Under the pieces are notes generated by a model that saw nothing but the letters and a program-made list of their open reading frames with translations, did not search any database and had not been told where the DNA came from. A DNA stretch of 51,036 nucleotides, counting the filler, from Dimargaris cristalligena (Eukaryota), in assembly GCA_003614675.1 (NCBI GenBank). It is 2 parts of 2 records of this genome, joined end to end, with 100 filler letters (N's around TTAATTAATTAA, not from the genome) between each part and the next. Parts side by side here need not be neighbours in the genome. Positions count along the whole stretch, not along the records: positions 1 to 25,468 come from ML002562.1; positions 25,569 to 51,036 come from ML002563.1. The stretch is one strand, 5' to 3'. Of this stretch, positions 21,856 to 30,842 are shown in pieces. The translations under genes were made by a program, and so were the position numbers. Position 1 is the first letter of the stretch. Each line of letters opens with the position of its first letter.

Positions 21856-23601
21856 ATGGACTCCTATGCGCTTCACAACGAGTATTATCCCGAAGGTTAT
21901 CCTGAATGGTCAGTACTTCCTTCCTAGGCGTTCATTTTCTGGCCCCTTTTACTTGTCAACCCTCGTTGACATCAACAATTGGGCTAGTGGGCCACTTCTT
22001 CGTCGGCTGGGAGATAATTTTGCCCCTATCCACGTTTATGTTCCAAGTATGTATATATACAGGCACTTTTTGATTGGAAAAGAGGAGAGAACCCTACCAA
22101 CTCTAATATTACTTTTAGCCCATATTTCATTTTTTTACTTTATGGACTTAGCTACCAACCACTAGGAACCGGATTTTCTGACTCGATCCACCCGGAATTT
22201 GCTTATCCAACCAGGATCCAGGTGGTTGTTGTTCAGTCTTCCCCGTCCCCAGCGCCGTATCCAGCCGAGGCTTGGTTGACACCCCCCACCTTCACCGGAT
22301 CGGCCAGGCATACTGACTCAGATTGCTCCGAGCCGAATTTCGGTGACCCGGTGCCACCTAGCTCGCCAGAGACAATCGTACTTTCCTCAGACGAATCCGA
22401 GGACGATGACTTGGAATATGGCTATTCCGACCCAATGCCATCCAGCCGCTATAGCCCTTCCGCATCACCAGTAATTTACGTGAATGACTGGAATGGAGGC
22501 AGCGATATAGAGGCTGACGATTCCGACCCAGTCTATTCCGATTCCTCTAGCTCTGCATCTCCCCAAAAGCCGTATTGGGAAGGTTGGGAGTATAAGGGTC
22601 TGCACTGTGCCTATTCTAATCCGTCATTTTCCAGCCGTTCCAGCTCTCCTTTACCACCGGAGGTAATGTATCGAAATGGTTGGACATTGGGCAACCCAAT
22701 TTTTATAGACTCCGACTCCAACTCCGACTCTGTAGCATCTAGCAGATGCCCCTCCCCGTCGGTACCGTCTATGCAGCTGGATGATGGTGATAGTACGGAC
22801 ACAGAGTATGGCTATTTGGATTCAACACCTGCAGAGCAATCGAGTTCACCATTACCCCAGTGGATGTATTTGGAGGATGCGAATTATTCTGATGGCCTAG
22901 AATATGGCTATTCTGACCCTGCGACATTAAACCCCTTTACTTCCCCAATAACCTTGGACATGGATTCAGAGGAATGGGCCATTGCCAGCGATTCAGGACC
23001 TGTCCCTACTCCTGCGGTACCATCACGCTCTAAACGTCCCAAACATACTAGAGCGAGTCGCCCTAAACCTACGCAAACCCCCCCTCAATCGGGCCACCCC
23101 TCTAATAAATTGGCGGCTCGACCCCCTAGACGCCAGCGAGTCTTCACTGATGGGTCGGCCACTGTGAACCGACACGGAAACTCATATGGCGGCATTGGTG
23201 TCTATTATGGACGTAATGATCCCCGGAATGTCAGTGAACCTCTTCTAAATGGCAGACCAACTAGCAATCGTGCTGAACTTACGGCCATCCTGCGTGCTCT
23301 CGAAACATCTAATCGTACTCGACCATTGGAAATTTGCACTGACAGTCAAAGCTCAATCGATACCATTGCAAAGTGGCATCCTACATGGACGGTGGGTGGT
23401 TGGAAGCACCCCACCGGGCGCCGAATCGGGGATGCGGATATAGTCTGGAATATCTGCCGAGAACTAGCGTCGCACACAGGTCCCGTCAAATTCACGAAAG
23501 TACGCGCGCACAGTGGCAATCGGGGCAATGACAAGGCCCATCGGCTAGCGGCCAAAGGCTCTCAAAAACATCGACGCGGATCCCATATAGTCTCCCTTTA
23601 G
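21856..23601 (+). CDS. ribonuclease H1-like protein with long acidic repetitive N-terminus; probable exons 21856-21908 and 22215-23601
   Basis: VFTDGS, GIGVYYG.NDPRNVSEPL, TSNRAEL, ICTDSQ, KVRAHSGNRGNDKAHRLA: eukaryotic cellular RNase H1 type. GTCAGT..CAG intron restores frame; exon 1 is less certain. Confidence 0.85.
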
Positions 23602-23988
23602 TAAAATATCCATTGTCCAAATCCCTTATTGGCGCCCGTCAAACTATTGTAAACACTTTTTTGGTTTTTTCACTTGCATATATTATATCACTAGTACGCG
23701 GAAGATGTGGTTTCTGCGCATGCTGGGGATAAATTGTCGTCCGACAGATCGAGACTAAATCTCGCTGCTATACATTAAGTCTCTCTGGTGATTAATGGCC
23801 AAAAACTATGTTTAGTGCCATTTTTTATCATTGCATCAGGTATATCCCCTCCAGGTTTAATTCAACTATAAATTTTGCACCCTCGGAAAAGCGCTGGATT
23901 ATTATTATTATAGGTATATTTATTGCTCTGGGAATATTAAAACAAATAAAGTTGCACAAAGAGAAGATATCCATTTTTTAGAATACAA

Positions 23989-24540
23989 TGTCAGACCATC
24001 TAACACACCCTAATCTGGCTGGTTTAGTATCCAATTATATTAGGCCTTATAGTGCCATATTAGCCTTCCCATATCATATAACTGTTCCCCTTCTGGACTC
24101 TGCCTAGTTCACACTAATCACTCAAGTACTAATCTAGGAGATGCTTCCAGTTACCCTCAGAGTCTTCTGAATACTAGTGAATATCTGGCCAGCCCATTTC
24201 CTTACCCTATAGCCTTAGTAGCATTCTTCCCCTGGGACCTCCCTCTGGAGTCATCTTAGAATATATATAACTGGGCCCCATTGGGACTGGTTAGATTCCT
24301 TAGCTTATTATAGCCCCTTAGTTTACCCCAATAAACTCTATATGTACTCACTCCCCCATACTGACTAGTAAGTGTGCCCACTGCACATCCCTTACATATA
24401 CTTGCACTTAGCCTTTACTAGTTAGCACCATGCCTATACTTGGCACTAGTAACCCACTTGGCCGAGTATAAGCCCCACCTACCATTAGAAGCCTATCCTC
24501 AGGACTCTTAACAGACTAAGAGTGGTTAACCCAGGCAACA
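23989..24540 (+). mobile_element. solo LTR (family A), 552 bp
   Basis: TGTCA...CAACA termini; 5-bp TSD TACAA (23984-23988) / TATAA (24541-24545), one C>T; TATA at ~24262, AATAAA at 24330; second partial copy at 25174-25401. Confidence 0.85.
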
Positions 24541-24577
24541 TATAATATAATAAACTTAGATGTTCAATAGTCTATAT

Positions 24578-24713
24578 GAGAGAGTTTCAACTAAGCTATA
24601 TAGTAAAAAATCCATTAGATACAGTAAATATCACTGGTTAAAATTTATTATCTCACCTATTTTCTAATACATATTTTAATCAAAATCCCATATAGCTAGG
24701 TCAAATTCCACCC
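24578..24713. mobile_element. 136-bp MITE, copy 2 (most decayed)
   Basis: Same length and shared core AAAAATCCATTAGAT...ACTGGTTAAAA with copies 1 and 3; ends ...TTCCACCC. Confidence 0.75.
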
Positions 24714-25173
24714 AAAGAGTCCTCCAAAATTGACTTTTAAAATTATATATAATAAGCTTAAAGGTATCATTATGATAAAATATTACCAAATGTAAAGGAC
24801 ATGTGTATGATCATTCACAAGAGGTGGGGTATTACTGGTAGTAGACTCACTGGCATCAGTTCAGCCAGCATGATTTGTGGTACTGATCTTGGGGTTCAAG
24901 GGACTTACAGCCAAGGAGTGGTCCTTGGTAATGAGTTCAATGAAAGTATTTGTTTTGGTAGAATATAAGTTTTTGGGGATTTGTTTGAATTTTTTCACAA
25001 GATTAGTCAAATTATAGATATGATAGCTATTAAAATGTAAAAATAATAATAAGTAGGCTTTTGTAATTAGTCACAACTTTCAGCTTTGCAGTAGTGTAAA
25101 AAATAAGGTAAAATCAAATAGTTTTATTACTCTCAAATAAGGAATAAAGGATATCAAATTTAATAGTCTTTGG

Positions 25174-25401
25174 TGTCACCTGGATTTACCACTCTTAGTC
25201 TGTCAAGAGTCCTGGGGGTAGGCTTCTAATGGTAGGTGGGGCTTAGACTTGGCCAAGCAGGCTACTAGTATTAGGTAAGGCACAGTACTAACTAATAAAG
25301 GCTTAGGCAATCAGTTTATGTAAGGGATGTGCACCAGGCACACTTACAGGTTAGTACAAGGGGGTGAGCATATATAATATTTATTGGGATAAACTAAGGG
25401 G
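25174..25401 (-). mobile_element. 3' part of a second family-A LTR, interrupted by a family-B LTR
   Basis: Reverse complement aligns with 24314-24540 (e.g. AAGCCCCACCTACCATTAGAAGCCTA identical) and ends ...CCAGGTGACA. Confidence 0.85.
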
Positions 25402-25468
25402 TATAAAGAACTGAACTCAAATCCTTGAAAACTGAACTTTATTTGAAAAGATAGATAATAAAAAGAGA
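25402..25468 (-). mobile_element. 3' end of family-B LTR-like repeat nested in the family-A LTR, truncated by the contig end
   Basis: Inverted match to positions 1-54; the terminal CA reads TA here. Confidence 0.65.
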
Positions 25469-25568
25469 NNNNNNNNNNNNNNNNNNNNNNNNNNNNNNNN
25501 NNNNNNNNNNNNTTAATTAATTAANNNNNNNNNNNNNNNNNNNNNNNNNNNNNNNNNNNNNNNNNNNN
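25469..25568. other. artificial contig linker (N44-TTAATTAATTAA-N44)
   Basis: A stop-in-all-frames spacer centred in Ns, with exactly 25,468 bp on each side. Confidence 0.97.
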
Positions 25569-25637
25569 TGGACGTTAGGTACATCATCGGTGACATCACC
25601 AAAGCTTAAGGGTGTTCAGTACCCGTCACAACATTTC

Positions 25638-25755
25638 AGTTATGGCCACATGTTGGAATTAGCACCGTATCCCGTTAGATCTGCGCAGTTAAGTCCCAAT
25701 CAGCTGATTTAGTACTGAGGTGGGTGACCACTTGGGAATAGTCAGTGCCATAACT
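25638..25755 (+). rRNA. 5S: 5S rRNA gene (118 nt, dispersed copy)
   Basis: Helix I AGTTATGGC/GCCATAACT; GCACCGTATCCCGTTAGATCTGCGCAGTTAAG; loop E AGTA/GAA; GGTGGGTGACCAC; followed by oligo-T. Confidence 0.93.
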
Positions 25756-25765
25756 TTTTCTTTTT
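25755..25765 (+). terminator. RNA polymerase III oligo-T terminator
   Basis: TTTTTCTTTTT at the 3' end of the 5S sequence. Confidence 0.8.
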
Positions 25766-25954
25766 GGTTTAGGGTTATTGCATAGTAAAGTACTAGACCC
25801 CCACTTTTAAAATGACAGGGTACTTTGATAGTTTTGCTTCCCCATTGGGCTAAAATAAGCGAAATTGCATGCCAGCAGAATAAATATAACGCCCCTACCT
25901 GCCATATCCACCACCAACTTTAAAGTCACGTGCCTACCCGGGACTTTTTGATTT

Positions 25955-26090
25955 GGGAGTAGTTCAACTAGGCTGTATAACAAAAAATCCATTTGATGAG
26001 GCAAATACTACTGGTTGAAAATAAACATCCCACCAATTTTCCCGCACACATATCAGTTAAAACCTTATACCACTGAGCCGAACTTCACCC
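25955..26090. mobile_element. 136-bp MITE, copy 3 (retains CpGs)
   Basis: GGGAGTAGTTCAACTAGGCTGTATAA ... TTATACCACTGAGCCGAACTTCACCC; same length as the other copies. Confidence 0.8.
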
Positions 26091-26382
26091 ATTTGCTTTT
26101 ATTTCCAAATTTATTCTGTCTCAAGGGTTTCGGATAAATGTTATCCTCTCCTCCCCTCCTATCTTTTGAACAACGAAACAGTTAAAGAGAAAAAAGAAGA
26201 AACGAGCAAGTTTAAACAGATAGCAGTGACCTAGCCAATGCACCCCTTTGGCAGAAGCTTGTCGACCCCCTATTAGCTGTCTAGCCAAGTCCTCTTTACC
26301 AAAGGTATATCCCTGCCAGCTGTACATTTTACTACACCCCTATTACGAAACACCGCGCATTCCTTCCATCGAACCTACCAGC

Positions 26383-27563
26383 ATGTCATCGTCCCAAAAC
26401 CGTAAACGGGGCCACCAAGACAAGGACCAGCTATTGGAAGTCCCCGATTCGCTCCAGACACTTGGTATGTGTTGAATGTAATATATTTAGCCCCAATGGG
26501 ACACAGGCAATAATACAATACCTTATCTTATACTGGGCTGTTCCGGCATGGCTGGCTTTTGTATAAGTATTAGCAACCCCACATGCGTCCATGGCAGACC
26601 CGCTCTTTATAAGGTCCCATTTTTAACTCTTGTACAGCCATATTTTTGGCCCCTGCTTTATTTACTCTGTTTCTCTATGGGCCATAGCAACGAAGCTAAC
26701 GATATCTCCCAAGAAAAGCCCGCCCGCAGAACCGGAGCTGGTACCCGACCGGTCCGGTTCCCAGATTCCGTCGACCAAGCCTCCGTCGGCTCCGGTTCGG
26801 TCACTTGAAGAAATCCGTAATAGTTTCAAAATGGATAAACCGTCACCCCGTAAGTCAATAATAGTCTACTGCCCGTATACCAATTTGGTCTAACTCCTCC
26901 TTCCCCCCCCCAATTAAGCTGCTGTTAGCAGGAATTACCGGTCCTATCGATCTCCTTTTTACGCCCGCTATACCGCCGAACTCACCCATTCCATCTTTTC
27001 CTGGTTTTCGCTTCACTGTATAATCCGGGCACCTGGCCCCACTATAATGGCGTAATGGCAGTTCTCGAGCGGATACAGGCATTTTTACCCCAGCTGCAAG
27101 ATGCTAACCGTGACTTGGAACGGATTTTAAGCCAAAAGTCGGCCAGTGTTGATATCGAGGATGTCCCAAGTGACCAGGAAAACTACATTGAAATGGTAAG
27201 GAATTCGGTATATCATTAGTCTTATATATATTATATTAATATCACCAGCTCTTGCGCCCATTGACCCTATTAATAGTATTCTACTGAGGTATTTTATGCT
27301 CGAACTCATCTGGATATGCGCTGCTTCCTTTTCTTTCTTTGAACCACGGTGGTGTATTAACCATCTTTCAGAATCTGGGGTTAGGAGTGTTTGAGCCCAA
27401 GGACTCCATCGCCGAGCCCGAAAGTCAGGTTCAAATCGATACTGACCGCATTCGGAATCCCGAAGGCAAAAAGCCCAACATTGGGTTCGTCGAACCATCC
27501 ACCAACCAATTGCCTGCGAATACACCAGCCACCGACAGCTCAACGCCAACCAAGCCCAACTAA
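26383..27563 (+). CDS. NOPCHAP1: NOPCHAP1 / DUF4598 (C12orf45-like) box C/D snoRNP chaperone; exons 26383-26464, 26688-26849, 27062-27195, 27372-27563
   Basis: Spliced product contains LLERIQAFLPQLQDANRDL..VDIEDV..ENYIEM|NLGLGVFE, the DUF4598 pattern. Confidence 0.8.
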
Positions 27564-27934
27564 CTCGGCCGATAGTTAATAGCTTATGGCATTTTCTTAA
27601 ACCGACTTTGCCCAACTATTCCTTACACACCATTATTCCCATATATCGCTTTTATATATATATACAGCGGTTCGTTTTTTATACCACCTCGTATGACCAC
27701 ACCCACCCACCCACCCACACATATATATATATCCACATGTCTTTAGGGATGTATAACCACGCAATTCATAACCCACCATTTTCCCATAATCAATGAAGCC
27801 GATCTTTATGTTTACCAAAAGTACACGCTTGTGTAGGATACTGTCAAATCTTCCCTTCAGCCTATTATCGTGTGATTGAATTACCAGGAAGAGTATCTAG
27901 GTTACGTACTAGGCATAAGCACCTCTTCTTAGCT

Positions 27935-29533
27935 TTAAGAGTGGGTGGCACCGGCTGTTGATGAGTTGGGGGTAGTGTGACCCATATTATCATCAGGCGT
28001 AGTTTTGGATGCATTTGCCAAGGGAACTGGGGCCGGAACGGGTGGATTAGGAGGTCCCTTTATAGGTTCAGTCTCAATTCGGAGAACGCGTTGCACCCAT
28101 TCTGAACGGAATGCTAAATTCTGGGCCACGGCGAAGGCCGCCGATGATAGCCAGTACATGGCAACTCCAGAGGGAATCTGAGTCGCAAAGTAGCCGGCAA
28201 CCACCACAAACATCCGCATACCATAGGGCCACACTTTTTGGAATGTCGTCTGGGTTGCCTTTGGTATGGATGCTGATGATGCTGGCGGGATATGCAGTTG
28301 GATATTGATTAAATGGGCCATGGTAATCAAACCCGGTAGAATGTAGGTGGTTTCGGGTAGGAGAAGGTTGGGAAGCCAAAGCACTCCACCTGTGTCCAGG
28401 CCGGGAAACGGGGGAATGGCGGGCAGCTTATCGTAAAAAGGAAGGGGAAGGCCACACATTCGACGAATCGTAAATGAAACCACGATGAATAGAGGAATCT
28501 GGGCCCAGGGCAGTAAAAACCGAAATAGTGGCTGGCAGTCATGCCGGGAATAAAGCTCACTGATTTGGGATCTGACCTGTAAACGTACATCGGATACAAT
28601 GGGGTATATTTCAAGTATGGAGATGTCAATATCGGGCGTAATTGAATTAGGCTGTATGAATATGGCGGGAGATGGGGGCTAGTAGGAGTGTTATTGGTCA
28701 TATCCAATAGATATCACCACTTGGCCAAAACACCACGAGCAGCGACCTACCTCTGATTTAATTTCCTTTTGACACCGGGCATCGCTCCAGCCTTTAGCGG
28801 CCCCAACACTCGATATATTATGGGCCGTACTGGTATACAGGGCCTCCACCACCGACCGCAGCTTAAGCTGACGTCCCATGGCCCGGCGCTGGTAAATGGC
28901 AACGGGCAGAATACACGTGCGTAAAATGACGCCAGTGGCGATAATCGTAGCCCACCACGGGAGGCCAGGTACCAGCGCTATACCACTCGTCCCCATCCAA
29001 ATCCCCTCATGAAGGGTGACCATACCAGCTTGCAGGGCTTCGAAAATCGCGGGGACGGAGGTTTGGATGCGGTAGACCAAATATGGGTCCATGTGGTCGG
29101 GACTCAACCCGAATAGATCTAAGGAGTCCGTTGGCGAGGTGCCGGGCTCGTTACTCAGTGTGGTGGCGGCGGTGTTGATGTTGGTGGCGGAGCTAGGGGA
29201 ACCGTTGGTTGTAAGTCCCTCGCGACGAAGCTCGGTCTGAAGCGCCGCCCCCTGGTGAAAAGCCCGCCTTGTTGGATTCGAAAAGGCAAGCCCCCGGGTT
29301 AGCTGGGTTCTCGTCGCTGCCGGCCTTGCTGTTCCATAATTCGGGGGCCCGATCCTAGTAGTATAAAGGACCCCGAACCAGCTGCGGTTCGGAGACCAAT
29401 GCAGGCGATCGGTTCGTCTGGCCCATGGGGCTGAGCAGGGCACATATTTGGGTGCCGTTTTTATGATTGGCTTGCAAAGCGCCTGGGGTGGCACATTCCT
29501 ATGAAGGGGCGGAGCTCTTGGCGTGCACCACAT
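27935..29533 (-). CDS. COX18: mitochondrial Oxa1/YidC-family insertase, Cox18-like; exons 29533-28751 and 28576-27935
   Basis: Presequence; LPWWATIIATGVILRTCILP; LLPWAQIPLFIVVSFTIRRM; GGVLWLPNL; PSGVAMYWLSSAAFAVAQN. Lacks the long basic Oxa1 tail. Confidence 0.85.
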
Positions 29534-30842
29534 ACTCGCCCAATGAGAACAATCAGGAAGGGAGGGAGGAAGGTCGAGGGGAAACTATTGAAGGGGGTTG
29601 CAGTATCTGACAATGGTATTCTAGTCTCCTCCATTCGAACTAGTGGACCAAGATTAGTTGGCATATACTTTCTCGGTCTTCCCTCTGACAACTTTGCAAT
29701 GCGCGAGACCCATCCCAATGGCTGGGGAATACGGGCCCAAGGCTGACGCCAGGGGTGTTTGGCCTTCTTTGAGTTGGACACGCCCCACCACGCCCTTATC
29801 CAGACTCTGCAGTGGTCTTTCCCCCTATACTGTTTGCTGTCCTTCAAAGCACTGGCATATGTCCAAGTCATCGAGTATACTGCGCCCTGTCGTTATTTTA
29901 CACTACTAGTGGGGACATAGGGGTTAATGCGCTGGTGAAGGGGCACTATAAGTCCCCAAGTTACTTGGTAAGTGTTTTGGGTGGATACTATGAGGATATA
30001 CATGCAGTGGTACATGCAATAGGACTCATCTATGAGACTATGGCATCCTAGGAAAATACATTGCCGCTACAACCTCTATAATTCCGGCACTAATACCACA
30101 GCCAAGCAATCAAACCAAGTCTATCTATATCCGGATGGGGTTGAATAACGACGACTGCTGCGTCAGCTGCAGCTACGATAACCGGTTATTAAACTGCATG
30201 TTGGCCAAGGGAGGGGGGGGGTGCGCTGATGGAGCAGCTGTACTCGCTTTTACAACCAGGCCTTATAGCCGTCCTGATGTCCTCATTTATTAATAACTTC
30301 TCTTCTAGGGAATATGTATTGGTTTATGCCTATTTGGGTGATGCATCTACCTGGTCTAAAGCATCATGGCATTCCACATGTCATGCCCCCAAAGGGGTTC
30401 GTAATAGATAGGCCAGCGTCTCCGGACCAGTCGCCTCCGTTTACCACCCCGTTCTTGACTCTCCGCCCGTCACTATACAATATCCCATCCACTCACTCAA
30501 TTCTAAAAATGGCAAGTATTGTCTATTTGGAGGCGAAACTATCAGGATTCCGACTGCCATAAGTATCAAGAGATGGGGTGTTATTCAATAGTGTGTTTAG
30601 AAATAGGGGGGGGGATGCGTTACTAATATTTCAAAGAAGCAAATAAAGGGGTGGAGGGGGGGGCATTCCAAGTTTAGAGGGCTAGTTCCGCTCACTTCAA
30701 AATGGCACCCCCACCAAATAAAAGTATACTCCCTTACCCTTATCATTGGACAATAGATAAGGGCGGGGACGGGGAATGGGGGAATGGGGGAATAAGGGGG
30801 TGTTGGTATTCTCTCTACCTCCTCCTCCCTCGGGACTCTCAG

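Noticed and set aside
24790..24970. Decayed minus-strand coding-like fragment (TFIELITKDHSLAVSPLNPK...*)
   Set aside because: Too short and eroded to assign; probably transposon debris.
1..25468. Whole left contig as a giant TIR transposon or Starship-like element
   Set aside because: The repeats look like inward-facing LTR 3' ends, one nested in another LTR. No transposase or tyrosine recombinase is present and the cargo is housekeeping genes.
25513..25524. TTAATTAATTAA palindrome within Ns
   Set aside because: Synthetic concatenation linker, not biological.
10829..29533. Cluster of Oxa1-superfamily-related genes (TMCO1, EMC7, COX18)
   Set aside because: COX18 lies across the artificial linker, so linkage is not shown.
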